From a virus, in IMG/VR virus record IMGVR_UViG_3300046724_000152, positions 1-64,000 of that record: 64,000 nucleotides of DNA, one strand, 5' to 3'. Under the pieces are notes generated by a model. The model had not been told where the DNA came from, did not search any database, and was given only the letters and a program-made list of their open reading frames with translations. The position numbers and the translations under genes were made by a program. Below are positions 10,201 to 20,009 of the stretch, piece after piece (position 1 is the stretch's first letter; each line of letters begins with the position of its first letter).

Positions 10201-10992
10201 ACTTTCGTTTATGGGAATCCTCAAAAGGAGAACGATAAAATGAATCGTGGTGGTGTTCCTAATCTGGCCAGGGGTGGCTACTCCAACCCCAGCAAGAATT
10301 ACTACTACCATCCGCCGCATCCGCCAGGGATGATCAGGTCGGCGGTCCCCGGCAGAACCGACAAGCTACCGATGAGTGTTCCTCCTGGGTCCTACATCCT
10401 GCCAGCCGACATCCCATCGGCTCTAGGCCAAGGCAACACCATGGCCGGAGAGAAAATCCTGGGGACGATGTTCAAGACCGGACCCTATAGCCCTCAATCA
10501 ACCGCGCAGCTTTCTGGCAAACTACCGAAGAGTCCAAGGCCGCCCAGGATGCCTCGTCTTCAGATGATACGACCAATACGCATGGGCAAATTTGCCGATG
10601 GTGGCCAGCCGAAGCTCGACTATAGAACCCAAGACTTCCCGAGCATCACCAAGCACGAGGTTACCGGCAGCTATCCACTCACCAGTGATTTAGAGGTGAC
10701 GGGCAAAGCTCATACGTTTTCCAACGACATACCGCTGCGTCGGAAGCCAGAGGACTGGGGTGCTTCTGTCGGTCTGCGTAGGACCTTCCAGGAAGGTGGC
10801 GCGGCAGAGTCAGAACAGGGCGATATTCCAATCATTGCGGCTGGCGGAGAATACGTCATTCATCCTGACCAAGTCAGGGAGGTCGGTCATGGCGATCTTG
10901 AGGCCGGTCACAAGGTGCTGGATCGGTTCGTGATTCATACCCGCAAGAAGCACATCGAAACCCTGAAGAAGCTAAAACCACCGAAGAAATGA
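7288..10992 (+). CDS. multidomain ejection/internal virion protein with PI3K/HipA-like kinase and ADP-ribosyltransferase-like domains
   Basis: Kinase-like motifs WYVK, NE, LLANHD..GNIM, IDTG; ART-like HHGS...GFFSS...YG; five aromatic/aliphatic-x-x-G-G motifs. Confidence 0.65.
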   Translation: MPSVSPAQARLMAAVAHGWKKPGGGGPSVSVAKEFNAADKGRSALRAAKKYADGGDVLPAPEAWDTDTVADAFTPKDPNPFNKPTRPPFQIQGPLGVENVDPGDSPFLGFGRPEDKSYGAVHDLYTKAKEAVHRYAGPGFDEALNKIGSFGSMLAPGSGEQAAMEDTVRTKQALEEGKIGEAAKHGAMGTFNATLGSLPGGHMLSTAVAGVMGVASRFGRSIPKEGLLDTSKFETISSSKGTMPGGFKLDPATGTEWYVKQAPSIEQAKNEKLTAELYKLFNVPVADVRLTTVNGKPGIASRKIEGVQLSNSEREYKDINGLHENYPIHALLANHDTVGTGPENPLGNIMVDPSGTAHVIDTGGGLLYKGTGSKKAKFTPEVDELNTMADPSYSHLSAQVFGDIEHQSEMIGAQKIANVDGKDIARLVEMYGPGNKMDKFKLMSTLLQRKYNIEQHYGVKPEAKSEAKIPESYEPTQEPHMDQVRDPYQQVPFTEEDYNKFANEIPPPVHPDFVEPEKTPLDKLHEMSFAQAIGPKMTNMISDATLNKENLQLIGKSLSKGPYGANHWDAALHLWQIAEHVNPQAAEAVFRNLPPSIQPKVGFAIKALKNKLEYSPFNSVAKGSGKDGKFPLDYNYFSTKTDKFAIPPHLLKDKAFNANIDRYADLLESKPHEAAPESLNPLEGSPQEIHEYLKNLNDPAAAEEMFKGLPAETRKAVDEFIRADNPWTATPTVKAKPKTQYEKDVAEYEAKLDSAIDPPEPLIGGHDSDKWFQQATPFKIDNRFKQLVKPIKNWAEWKPPEQDIKPLNLVHKSKSEIKKLGFNPYLSVHHGSHYPIPDTLEDPFTHKTVQQERGFFSSTIPGLVAENYGHNVTSYVARALKPMEVDWKQWSGMNRYSPKQMESLIEAGHRQGADMIAAHNMRDMGSSKYGLHTQYIFLKTSALRQAMAKFDPTKLHLRNTLAGVAGVAGGGTFVYGNPQKENDKMNRGGVPNLARGGYSNPSKNYYYHPPHPPGMIRSAVPGRTDKLPMSVPPGSYILPADIPSALGQGNTMAGEKILGTMFKTGPYSPQSTAQLSGKLPKSPRPPRMPRLQMIRPIRMGKFADGGQPKLDYRTQDFPSITKHEVTGSYPLTSDLEVTGKAHTFSNDIPLRRKPEDWGASVGLRRTFQEGGAAESEQGDIPIIAAGGEYVIHPDQVREVGHGDLEAGHKVLDRFVIHTRKKHIETLKKLKPPKK

Positions 10993-10993
10993 T

Positions 10994-11503
10994 ATGGAAA
11001 TTGTCCGTGCCGCCACCATGCGTGACTACCAGGAGTGCCTCAGGCTGTTCCTGCAAGCCCACAATGAGAACGATCAGTTCTCCCTGGCTCCGGACAAGCT
11101 GCACTGGATGCTGACCAGATTCCTCAATCCGGATGCAATCCCTGAGGACGACCCCGGCCTCAGAGGCATCATCGGTGTGATCGGCAGGGAAGGGGGCCTG
11201 GAGGCTATCTGCGGCCTCTGTATCTCTGATCTGTGGTACACTTACGACAAGCACCTGACGGATTTCCTGGTGTTTGTCGATCCGGAATACCGAACGACCG
11301 GCCACGCCAAGACACTCACCGGCTGGATGAAGACCCAAGCCGATATCATCGGGATGCCCTTAATGTCTGCGGTGGTTACCAATCACAGAACCGAAGCCAA
11401 GTGCAGGCTGTTCCGCCGCATGTTCCCAAAAATAGGCGAGCTATTCCTCTATTATCCCGGCTCGTTAACAGCCGGATCGAGCCTGTCGCGAACGGCTCAT
11501 TAA
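10994..11503 (+). CDS. GNAT-family acetyltransferase
   Basis: VRAATMRDY N-terminus and FVDPEYRTTGHAKTL acetyl-CoA motif A. Confidence 0.75.
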   Translation: MEIVRAATMRDYQECLRLFLQAHNENDQFSLAPDKLHWMLTRFLNPDAIPEDDPGLRGIIGVIGREGGLEAICGLCISDLWYTYDKHLTDFLVFVDPEYRTTGHAKTLTGWMKTQADIIGMPLMSAVVTNHRTEAKCRLFRRMFPKIGELFLYYPGSLTAGSSLSRTAH

Positions 11504-11512
11504 GGGCATCAA

Positions 11513-14239
11513 ATGGGCGGTCTTTGTCAACCCAAGCCACAAGTTACCGCTACTAACCAAACGCAGACCTATACGCCAGCCCCGCAGATAGGAGCCGCTG
11601 GCACTCAAGCCCTCAATATGGCGCAGGGGGCGGCGCAGCAGCCGTTCCAGATGCCAGCAGCGCCGGTCGCTGGCTTCAATCCATTCCAGACTCAATCGTT
11701 CAATCAGATCCTGGGCATGCAGGGCAGCCTGAATAACACCGCCGGAGCCAATCTCCAGACGGCACAGGCTCCGATTACGCAGGACGACATCAACCAGAAT
11801 ATGAATCCGTATGCGGATCAGACCGAAGCCGACATCAAGAAGTACATCTTCGATCCGCAGCGGGTTCAGACCATGGGGCAGTCCACCGCCATGGCCGGTG
11901 GTGTCGGTGCTGATCGTCTTGGCTTGGTCAGCGGCAACCTAGACAAGACACAAGGCGATATCCTGGCCCAGGCCCGATCCGGCTTCTATGGACAAGCGCT
12001 GTCGGCGGCTCAGCAAGCCAAGCAGCAGGCTCTTCAATCCGCTCAAGGCTGGCAGAACCTGCAAACCGGCAATCTGCAAGCCACCAACGCCCTGGGCATG
12101 GTTGGCACTCAGCAACAGCAGCAGACCCAAGCCGAGCTGATGAGCCCGTATCAGCAGATCCTGGCTCAGATCGCCTATCCCTATCAGCAAGCTCAGTTCC
12201 TGGCTGGCATTACCGGAGGTCTGGCCGGTGCCATGGGTGGCACCACAACGGGTGTTGGAAACACGTCCACAACACCAGCCCAACCCAGCCTGTTTAATCA
12301 GATTACCGGTCTAGGTGTCGCCGGGGCTGGTATTGCCGGTGCAGCCGGTGCCTTTGACGGCAGTGGCGGTTCGACCAGCACACCAAACAGCCCTAATGCC
12401 TCGATGTATACCGGCCCTGCAAACGAAGCCGGATTTGGTCCGACCTATTACCGATCCGGTGGTCCTGTTCATTATGCCAGCGGTGGGAGTGACGATGAAG
12501 AACCATCACTGTCGCCTTACGGGGATCTGAATCCCATCCCCCGCATCCCGCTGCACATGACATCGGGGCAATCGCACAACAATCTCAACCTGAATCCGCC
12601 GAGCCAGAGCGGTGGGTCTAGCTCCTCCGGCGGCATTGGCGATATAGCAAAGATGGCCTCCGCCGTCATACCGTTTCTCCTCAAACGAGGCGGTACGGTT
12701 GCCGGTGGTGGCGCTGTCAGTCCCTATGATGCTGGTATGGGTTTTGCCGGAGGCGGTGAGACTGAGGGATTGAGCCCTATTCCGTACATCCCGATGCAAG
12801 ACACGTCAGGCCAGTCTCATAACAATCTCAATCTGAACCCTCCCACTAGTAGCGGAGGATCAAGCTCAAGCGGCATGGGCGACATGGCGAAGATGGCATC
12901 AGCCGTGCTGCCGCTCCTTATGATGAAGCGAGGCGGCAAGGCTCCTCATGGCTATGCCACAGACGGCGGCGTGGACGTAGAGGAATACTCGCCTGATGAC
13001 TTCAATCCGATAGATGCCGCTGCCCCAGCAGAGCCAGATTACAGCCGTCCTATAGAGCGCGAAGCCCCGAACCTTGGCATGTGGCCATTCAATCGCGGCC
13101 AAGCTGACTACAAGGGCGATGTGACGATGTTTCCGCATACTGCGGCTCCGGCAACGGCTGGAGCAGCCCAAGCCACGCCTTCACCGGCAAACGCGCCGGT
13201 TGGTGACCAAGCCGAGATACTGCGTCAGGCTGGTCTTCTCCGTGATCCGCTGAGAAGGGAAGAGGCCGCTAATGCTCCAGGACCGTTCGATACTTCAGCT
13301 CTCAAGGGGCCATACAATCAGGCCGCGTTAGGCTCTCCAGCACGGGGTCCTGTATCCACGGATACAACCCCGAGAACGGCTCCGCCTCCGGCCCCATCTC
13401 AGCCCGACGTTCAGGTGGCCAGCGGCGCAGACCGCACTGGCGGCTATCCCAATCGCAGCCGATTGGCTGGACTCAATTCCGATATGAAGCTCAGCGATTT
13501 CAGTATGCCAAGAAGTGCCCAGCCCTATCCGGATGCCTTGAGCCGTGACTTTGGCCAGCGAGCAACGCGGTCGCCATGGATGGCATTGGTTCAGGCCGGT
13601 TTGAAGATGGCGCAAAGCACCAAGCCCGGTGTTGCTGGCTTGGCTGAGGGTGCCGAGTCCGGTGTTGCCTATCTCGACAAGCAGCGTGGCGAGCTTCGCA
13701 GCGAGCAGCAGATCAACCAGAAGGCGGAAGAGCTATTCCGTCATGCCCAGGGTGAACTGAACAAATACACTCGCACGACTCCGCACGAAGCGAGGATGGA
13801 GGCTTACCAGAGTCGTCTTCTTGATCAGGGCAAGTATCAGTTTCTGAACTACACCGACCCAGTAACTAACGAGGTAAAGGTTGGTCGCGCCAATACCAAG
13901 ACCGGAGTCATTACCGATCCTGCAACTGGTGAACCAGTAAAGACTGGCCGATTGCTGGGCCGCGCATCCAGCCAGGGCGGCCTGCCTCCGAGCAGCATCG
14001 TGTCTATCCAGAATGCGGTTAACAACGATCCGACTATTCCAAGAGACAAGAAAATTGCGGAGGTCAACAGGCGAGTGCAGGAAGCCACTTCGTTCGTTGA
14101 AGCGCAACGTCAGCGTGGTGTAGCGCCGCCTCCAGACGGAGCCCTTGAGTTTCTCAAAAACAACAAGGATAACCCAGCCATAAGGGCTCAGTTCGAGGCA
14201 AAATACCCAGGATGGGCGGCCAAGCTGCTTGGTGAGTAA
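11513..14239 (+). CDS. ejection / DNA pilot protein
   Basis: 908 aa, Gln/Ala/Gly-rich, MNPY motif, hydrophobic Gly-rich helices, position after the tail genes. Confidence 0.65.
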   Translation: MGGLCQPKPQVTATNQTQTYTPAPQIGAAGTQALNMAQGAAQQPFQMPAAPVAGFNPFQTQSFNQILGMQGSLNNTAGANLQTAQAPITQDDINQNMNPYADQTEADIKKYIFDPQRVQTMGQSTAMAGGVGADRLGLVSGNLDKTQGDILAQARSGFYGQALSAAQQAKQQALQSAQGWQNLQTGNLQATNALGMVGTQQQQQTQAELMSPYQQILAQIAYPYQQAQFLAGITGGLAGAMGGTTTGVGNTSTTPAQPSLFNQITGLGVAGAGIAGAAGAFDGSGGSTSTPNSPNASMYTGPANEAGFGPTYYRSGGPVHYASGGSDDEEPSLSPYGDLNPIPRIPLHMTSGQSHNNLNLNPPSQSGGSSSSGGIGDIAKMASAVIPFLLKRGGTVAGGGAVSPYDAGMGFAGGGETEGLSPIPYIPMQDTSGQSHNNLNLNPPTSSGGSSSSGMGDMAKMASAVLPLLMMKRGGKAPHGYATDGGVDVEEYSPDDFNPIDAAAPAEPDYSRPIEREAPNLGMWPFNRGQADYKGDVTMFPHTAAPATAGAAQATPSPANAPVGDQAEILRQAGLLRDPLRREEAANAPGPFDTSALKGPYNQAALGSPARGPVSTDTTPRTAPPPAPSQPDVQVASGADRTGGYPNRSRLAGLNSDMKLSDFSMPRSAQPYPDALSRDFGQRATRSPWMALVQAGLKMAQSTKPGVAGLAEGAESGVAYLDKQRGELRSEQQINQKAEELFRHAQGELNKYTRTTPHEARMEAYQSRLLDQGKYQFLNYTDPVTNEVKVGRANTKTGVITDPATGEPVKTGRLLGRASSQGGLPPSSIVSIQNAVNNDPTIPRDKKIAEVNRRVQEATSFVEAQRQRGVAPPPDGALEFLKNNKDNPAIRAQFEAKYPGWAAKLLGE

Positions 14240-17200
14240 TGGCCAACGTCTTCGACCAGTTCGATTCGCCAGCACCTCAGCCCGCACCTGTGGCAGCAGC
14301 ACCTACCGGTGCCGCGCAGTCTAAGAATATCTTCGATCAGTTCGATAAGACTCCAGCCCCAGAGGCTCCAGCTACGCCAGAGCCGGAACCCATCATGCCA
14401 GGAATTCTGGAGGCGGGAGCCCAAGGTCTTGGTCATGCCTTTACCGGCCTGGGACAGGGTGCCGGGATGGTGGCCGGTGTTACTCCGGAGGCCGAGAAGC
14501 CCAGTCCAGCAGCCGCTCCATTGAAATGGAGCGATGTGCTGTCGCCACAGGCCAAGCTTGCTCCAAAACTGGCCTATCAGTTTGCCGAAGGAGCCCCGGT
14601 TATTGCCGGTGGGTTGCTTGGTGCTGGCGCTGGAGCCCTGACCCCGGTGCCGGGTGGAGCTATCATGGGCGGCATGGGTGGCGCTGCCTTGGCCGAAGCC
14701 GCCAAGACCATCGGCCCTGCCTACGCCGAGGAGCTTAAGGCTCATCCTGGCGACAAGGAGGGGGCCTGGACCAGGGCTTTGCAAAAGACCGGGGTTTCTA
14801 GCGCTGCTTCTGGCCTAGGCTGGGGCCTGTTTGGCTTGGGATCCAAGGCCCTGGAGCCGCTCAAGCATCTGCTGTTTCAGTCCGTGGCTGTCCAGCCTGG
14901 AGTCTCGGTGGGTGCCAAAGCCGCAACCAATGTCATAGAAGGCAAGCCTGTCACCGAGGATCTCGGCCAAGCCTATGCCCAAGGTGTGGTTGGCACTGCC
15001 ATTCCGGCGGCAGGGCACAAGCTGGCCAAGGGGGTCCTGGCCGATAACCGGGTCTCACCAACCGGCCTCAATGCCGAGCAGATGCGGAATGTCGTGGAGA
15101 TGAACGATGGCATGCTGCCTCGCCTTGAGGCTAACGCTAACGATCCATGGCATCCGGAAGAAACCAGAGCCCACTATGCGGAACAAGCCCGCTTGATGCG
15201 GGATCAGAATGCCGAATACACCCAGATCCTTGCAGGACCACGCAGTCCGGTGGTGGCCAAGCTCAAGCAATGGATGGATGGCTCTCTGGGCGACATCGTC
15301 AACGACGCCCAGATGAAGCTGACGCCGATGGCGGCCAGGAGCGGCTCCAACGAAGCCAGAGCCATTGCCAGGGACTTTGCCGACAGCAAGCGGTCATCGC
15401 GCTGGCAGTGGGCCAGAGTCGATACGATCATCAAGAAGAACTTCACCGAAGAGCAGCAAAAGCGGATGTGGGAGGCTGGCGACGAGGAAAGCGTCATCCA
15501 GGAGATGGGCAATGCCGACTTTGTTGCACAGCAACATGCCGAAGGCCGGGGGCTGGCTCAGCTTACCCCTGCCGAAAGATCGGCTATGGAGGGACTTCAG
15601 GCAGAGTCTCGTCAGTCCTGGGATGCTGCCGTCGACGCCGGGATCGTCAGTGGCGAGGGCCGGAAATACTATGCCCCGAGAGAGTTTCTGCGGGTTGCCT
15701 CCGGCTCTGAAGGCCCTCCCACGCCCCGCCCCAAGGTCTCCAGTGGCACCGATGCACCACCCAATTCCTTAACGAAGATCGGCACTAATCTCAGGACCAC
15801 CTCGCCAAGCACTAAGCGCAGAAAATACCTGTTTGCCGAGGAAACCGAAGCGGCTGGCAAGAAGATCCTGGGCGAGGATGCCGAGCTTGCCAGGAATATC
15901 CGTGCCCTGCCATTGGCTTCAGCCCGCCTGAGAGATGCCGTGGCGGGCCGGACTCTGATCAACAAGATCAAGGAGGCTGGTGCCAGGACCGGCGAGGAAA
16001 CCGTTCACGAGGGGGCGGTGCCATCCGACAGTCCCTACAAGTGGTTCACCGTCGATCATCCCGCCTTCACGACCTGGAAGCCCAAGCTTGCTCCTGATCC
16101 GGCAACCGGCAGACTCTCTGCGGTCAAGGACGAGAACGGCAACGTCGTCTTCGAGAAGAAGCCGCTCTATGTCAGGTCCGATTTCGAGGGTCCGCTGCGG
16201 TCGGTCTTAGCCAAGGATCAGGGGCAAATCTACAATGGCCTGATGAATCTCAAGGCCAAGACCATGTCGGTCATCATGTACTCGCCGCTGATCCATAACG
16301 CGGTGGAGTGGGGCCGTGCCTTACCGGCGATGCCGGGTAAGGTTCTGACCTTCAGGATCTATTTCGATGGCGACCGGGCTCTGAAGAACATCCCGCTCAT
16401 GCAGGATGCCGTCAGGAATGGCCTTGTTCCGATTGGAGGCCGCGCTGGCAGGCAAGACATCACCTCGATGATGGAAGCGCCAACCTTGGGACCACGCAAA
16501 TCCTGGACCGGTGAGACCCTGGCGGCAATTCCCGACCTGTTCAGCAAGGCGGCTGGCAATACAGTCAGGCGCAGGATCGAGACCCTTGGCGACTTCTGGC
16601 ACAACACCCTGCTGTGGGATCAGGTCGCCCGCCTTCAGATGGGTCTCTACACGAACTTCAGGGAGAGCCTGATTGCCAAGGGGCATGACGAGCAGACCGC
16701 TGGCCGTGCTGCGGCGCACCTAGCTAACCGCTATGCCGGTGCCTTGCCAGCGGAGTCGATGTCTGAGAATGCCAGGAAGTTCGCCAATCTGGCCCTGTTC
16801 TCCAGGACCTTCACGCTTGGCAACATCGGTGCCATGAAGGATATGTTTGTCGGTCTGCCGAGGGATGTTCAGGCTCAGATCGGCAGAGACGCCGGTCCAG
16901 AAGCCCTGAAGAAGATCCGGAGCTATGCCAAGCGCAAGGCAACGATGACCGTCGCTCTCGATCTTGGCCTTATGTATGCCGGTAACTCTTTGCTTCAGGA
17001 TATTTCTGACAGGTTACGCGGCGATAAGTCCCTTGGCGAGATCGGCATGGGCTATGTCGATAGGATTGCAGCCCTGTTGAAGAAGACCAAGGAGCATCCG
17101 TTCGAGGTTCTGGCTCATCCGTTTGACTCCGTCGAGAGTCTTACGTCCACATCGGAGAACGAACCGGGCAAGAAGGATCGTGTCCTGGTCGGCTATCAGC

Positions 17201-17844
17201 AGGATGGCTCCGCCATCTATATGCGGAACCCGACCGGCAAGATCGGTGAAGAAGTCCTTGGCTGGTCTACATCGCCATTCGACATGGTGAAGCGCAAGCT
17301 TGGCACTATGGTCAGACCGGCATGGCAACTGGCCTCAAACGACATCGGCTTTGGCCGCAAGCTCTACAATCCAGATCCGCATTCCACCACGGAAATGGTG
17401 CAGAATGCTGGCAACATCGCCACGGCCTTCATGTCGGCCCAGGTGCCGGTTTCTCAGTTCGAATCCATGGGAGAACTGGCCAGAGGCGAGGGTGAGACCA
17501 AGACCAACCTGCTTAAGCTGTTTGGCCCTCTGATGGGTCTGACGTTCTCCAAGGGGGCCCCTGGCGGCCCTGCCATGGGCGAGCTTTACAAGTTCGAGGA
17601 ACGTCAGAAATACAAACTATCTCAGGCACTTCCGGAGATCCGCAAGCAGATCCAGAGGGGCAATATCGATGGTGCCGTGGACAAGATGACGGAGATTGGA
17701 GTGCCTAAGGGGCTCCAGACTTACTACATCAAGACCACGCTCAATCCATCGGCGCGTCTAACCAAGCGGAAAGAGGCAAACTTTAATGCCTCGGCAACCG
17801 AAGAAGAGAAAGAGCGTTTCTACCGGCTGCTGAACCACCCCTAA
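14239..17844 (+). CDS. large ejection / internal virion protein
   Basis: 1201 aa; duplicated NxFDQFD N-terminus, Gly-zipper hydrophobic segment; last gene of the late operon. Confidence 0.7.
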   Translation: MANVFDQFDSPAPQPAPVAAAPTGAAQSKNIFDQFDKTPAPEAPATPEPEPIMPGILEAGAQGLGHAFTGLGQGAGMVAGVTPEAEKPSPAAAPLKWSDVLSPQAKLAPKLAYQFAEGAPVIAGGLLGAGAGALTPVPGGAIMGGMGGAALAEAAKTIGPAYAEELKAHPGDKEGAWTRALQKTGVSSAASGLGWGLFGLGSKALEPLKHLLFQSVAVQPGVSVGAKAATNVIEGKPVTEDLGQAYAQGVVGTAIPAAGHKLAKGVLADNRVSPTGLNAEQMRNVVEMNDGMLPRLEANANDPWHPEETRAHYAEQARLMRDQNAEYTQILAGPRSPVVAKLKQWMDGSLGDIVNDAQMKLTPMAARSGSNEARAIARDFADSKRSSRWQWARVDTIIKKNFTEEQQKRMWEAGDEESVIQEMGNADFVAQQHAEGRGLAQLTPAERSAMEGLQAESRQSWDAAVDAGIVSGEGRKYYAPREFLRVASGSEGPPTPRPKVSSGTDAPPNSLTKIGTNLRTTSPSTKRRKYLFAEETEAAGKKILGEDAELARNIRALPLASARLRDAVAGRTLINKIKEAGARTGEETVHEGAVPSDSPYKWFTVDHPAFTTWKPKLAPDPATGRLSAVKDENGNVVFEKKPLYVRSDFEGPLRSVLAKDQGQIYNGLMNLKAKTMSVIMYSPLIHNAVEWGRALPAMPGKVLTFRIYFDGDRALKNIPLMQDAVRNGLVPIGGRAGRQDITSMMEAPTLGPRKSWTGETLAAIPDLFSKAAGNTVRRRIETLGDFWHNTLLWDQVARLQMGLYTNFRESLIAKGHDEQTAGRAAAHLANRYAGALPAESMSENARKFANLALFSRTFTLGNIGAMKDMFVGLPRDVQAQIGRDAGPEALKKIRSYAKRKATMTVALDLGLMYAGNSLLQDISDRLRGDKSLGEIGMGYVDRIAALLKKTKEHPFEVLAHPFDSVESLTSTSENEPGKKDRVLVGYQQDGSAIYMRNPTGKIGEEVLGWSTSPFDMVKRKLGTMVRPAWQLASNDIGFGRKLYNPDPHSTTEMVQNAGNIATAFMSAQVPVSQFESMGELARGEGETKTNLLKLFGPLMGLTFSKGAPGGPAMGELYKFEERQKYKLSQALPEIRKQIQRGNIDGAVDKMTEIGVPKGLQTYYIKTTLNPSARLTKRKEANFNASATEEEKERFYRLLNHP

Positions 17845-18104
17845 TGCTCGACTCCAAGCAAGCGTATGATGCCGTGATTGGAAACGATCTTGTTCGGCTC
17901 AATGTCCTTGTTGATGCCGTGGATCGCAGTCCGCAGCGATGCCTCCGCCTTGGATCCCGGGAATAGCTTGGCGAAGGCTTCCTTTCTGGAAACACCCTTG
18001 AGTCCGGCATCGGCGATGAAATTGTAGATTGCCCTGCGCTTTGGCGATAAGACCTCGTCCGGTCCAGGACCTTCCATCCTGGATCCGCAGTATGGACACT
18101 TCAT
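17841..18104 (-). CDS. small winged-helix DNA-binding protein with N-terminal CxxC
   Basis: CPYCG then LSPKRRAIYNFI...SLRTAIHGINK. Confidence 0.55.
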   Translation of the reverse strand: MKCPYCGSRMEGPGPDEVLSPKRRAIYNFIADAGLKGVSRKEAFAKLFPGSKAEASLRTAIHGINKDIEPNKIVSNHGIIRLLGVEH

Positions 18105-18421
18105 TAGAGTTTCATCTCCGCTCTGACGTTAGCTTCTCTGGACTGATTCTCATAGAACCGCATTTTTTTATGCTCCGCTCTGACTTTGGCTAGGTTGGCA
18201 TCTCTCCTGGCATCGACAATGGATACGACATAGTCCCACCAGCCAGGAGAGGCCTTGATGGTTTGCTCTGCCTTGTTGACAGCCATTTCGCCAAGCGCAG
18301 CCTGACGCTGTGCCATGACAAGCGTCTTGGTGTCCTCAAGGAGCTGGGCGGCATACTCCTTATCCACCCACTCCTCGTTGGCCTTCAGACACTCGTCGCT
18401 GAATGAAAACTCATTGCTCAT
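18104..18421 (-). CDS. helical phage protein, possibly a recombination mediator
   Basis: 105 aa coiled-coil, translationally coupled in the operon; function inferred from context only. Confidence 0.5.
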   Translation of the reverse strand: MSNEFSFSDECLKANEEWVDKEYAAQLLEDTKTLVMAQRQAALGEMAVNKAEQTIKASPGWWDYVVSIVDARRDANLAKVRAEHKKMRFYENQSREANVRAEMKL

Positions 18422-18963
18422 TGAGCAAGATCCGGTAACTCATCGTTCATATCGTCGGCTTGTTGAAACTTTCCGAACGTGTTTCGCCAAGCCTGCTTGG
18501 CCTTGTTGACCATGGCAATCATCTCAACGAGGGTAAGCTCGACAGGATTGACGTTGGCATTAGCCATTGAATTGTTCATGATGCCGCAGACGAAGATCAT
18601 CTCGTCCTTGACTGTCAGTTGCACCTTTGGTGTAGGACCGGGCCAAGCCTGTGGCGCTTGGCTTGGCATGGTCTGATGCCCTGGCTGATTAGGAACGTAT
18701 TGTGCGTTAGGTGGCCGCTGCAATGGCAGTGTCGACTGCTGCGATAATGAGTTCGTTGGATTGGCGGTGCTGATGAGATTAAAGTTATGATTGTTGAACT
18801 CTTTGATTTCGTACTGAATTTCATAGGAAACCCCCATGCGGTAGTTCTGGAGCTTGTCGCCCCAGACATTCCATGAGCCTCCATTGGTATCGATGATCTT
18901 GCCCTGTTTCTTGCCAGGGGCCGGAGGCGTAATGCCAGCAACGGTGATGACTGTCTGTTCCAT
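18418..18963 (-). CDS. putative single-stranded DNA-binding protein
   Basis: OB-like N-terminus, Pro/Gln linker, acidic tail DDMNDELPD. Confidence 0.5.
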   Translation of the reverse strand: MEQTVITVAGITPPAPGKKQGKIIDTNGGSWNVWGDKLQNYRMGVSYEIQYEIKEFNNHNFNLISTANPTNSLSQQSTLPLQRPPNAQYVPNQPGHQTMPSQAPQAWPGPTPKVQLTVKDEMIFVCGIMNNSMANANVNPVELTLVEMIAMVNKAKQAWRNTFGKFQQADDMNDELPDLAQ

Positions 18964-19268
18964 TAGTCTTTCCTTGGATTAACGATTGGCGGGACTGCTT
19001 TATTCAGGCTGAAGTATTTGCATGATGGCGTGTCGAACGGAATTTTAGATCCATCCTTCTCCATCATGGTCGCGTATTTCTCACACTTACCGTTCTTCAG
19101 TGTACCTCCTCGATGAGTGCCCCGATTGCTCTTGTAGCCATTGAATTCGTAATGCTCGCACTCACGACAGGTTGTCCTCTTCGGCCCTGTTCCAGCCCAG
19201 AAGGCCATTCCAGGCGGAGTCTTGTCGCGTAAGTCATCGACTGATTTATCGACTACCGTTAGTTTCAT
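18963..19268 (-). CDS. Cys-rich hypothetical protein
   Basis: CRECEHY...C...SCKYF. Confidence 0.6.
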   Translation of the reverse strand: MKLTVVDKSVDDLRDKTPPGMAFWAGTGPKRTTCRECEHYEFNGYKSNRGTHRGGTLKNGKCEKYATMMEKDGSKIPFDTPSCKYFSLNKAVPPIVNPRKD

Positions 19269-20002
19269 ATTTCTTCCCTGTATGACGCTTCGACTCCAGG
19301 AGGAAGGTCTCCGGTTGCACGGCGATACTCTCGTGCCAGCTTCAGGATGGCTTCCTTGATTTCGTCGTTGGCTCCCATTTCTTGGAGTGCGGCTTGTGCG
19401 TCAACGACAACGAGCGTTTCTTTGGTCTTGAGGCTGACCGCTCGTGAGAAGCCGCCGGTAATTTTGACGTGGGTTTCTTTCTCCGTGAGGGCTGCTGCTC
19501 TTTGGGATTTCTCGAAGTCACGGAAGGCAATATCGGCATCTGCGACATGAGCCGCAACATCAACTCCAAGTTCTCCGTGATTAGCTGACTCAATTGCTTC
19601 ACGTTCGAGACGCTCAGCTTCACGCGCTTTGATCTCGGCTTCTCTAGCAAGTCCAGCAGCAACTCGATTTGCTTCTTCTCTAATGCGTCTTTCTTCTTTA
19701 ATAAAAGCCGTGAGTCGATCCGATAGCGTATCAACGACTTTAGAAATTCTTGCGGCGACTGGTCGGTATGAATTGTTGATTTCTTTGACTTCGTCATTAA
19801 GTGGTCCAACTCTTTTTTTGCGCTCATCTTCCATATCCTGGATAGCTAATTTTCCTCTATCGAGGAAAAGCTTGGCTTCTTTAGAAGATTCACTATTGAT
19901 AACTGGATTTTCTGCCATCCAAGCAGAAATATCTTTCATCGTTTGATCAGTAATTTCGATCATTCCTGGTGGAGAATTATGCCCGATAGCTGCATCGTTC
20001 AT
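19265..20002 (-). CDS. coiled-coil phage protein (Gam/Gp157-like recombination-module type)
   Basis: IGHNSPP start, long coiled coil, LPPGVE C-terminal motif; its SD GAGGT comes from the last array pentamer. Confidence 0.55.
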   Translation of the reverse strand: MNDAAIGHNSPPGMIEITDQTMKDISAWMAENPVINSESSKEAKLFLDRGKLAIQDMEDERKKRVGPLNDEVKEINNSYRPVAARISKVVDTLSDRLTAFIKEERRIREEANRVAAGLAREAEIKAREAERLEREAIESANHGELGVDVAAHVADADIAFRDFEKSQRAAALTEKETHVKITGGFSRAVSLKTKETLVVVDAQAALQEMGANDEIKEAILKLAREYRRATGDLPPGVEASYREEI

Positions 20003-20009
20003 TTATTGG

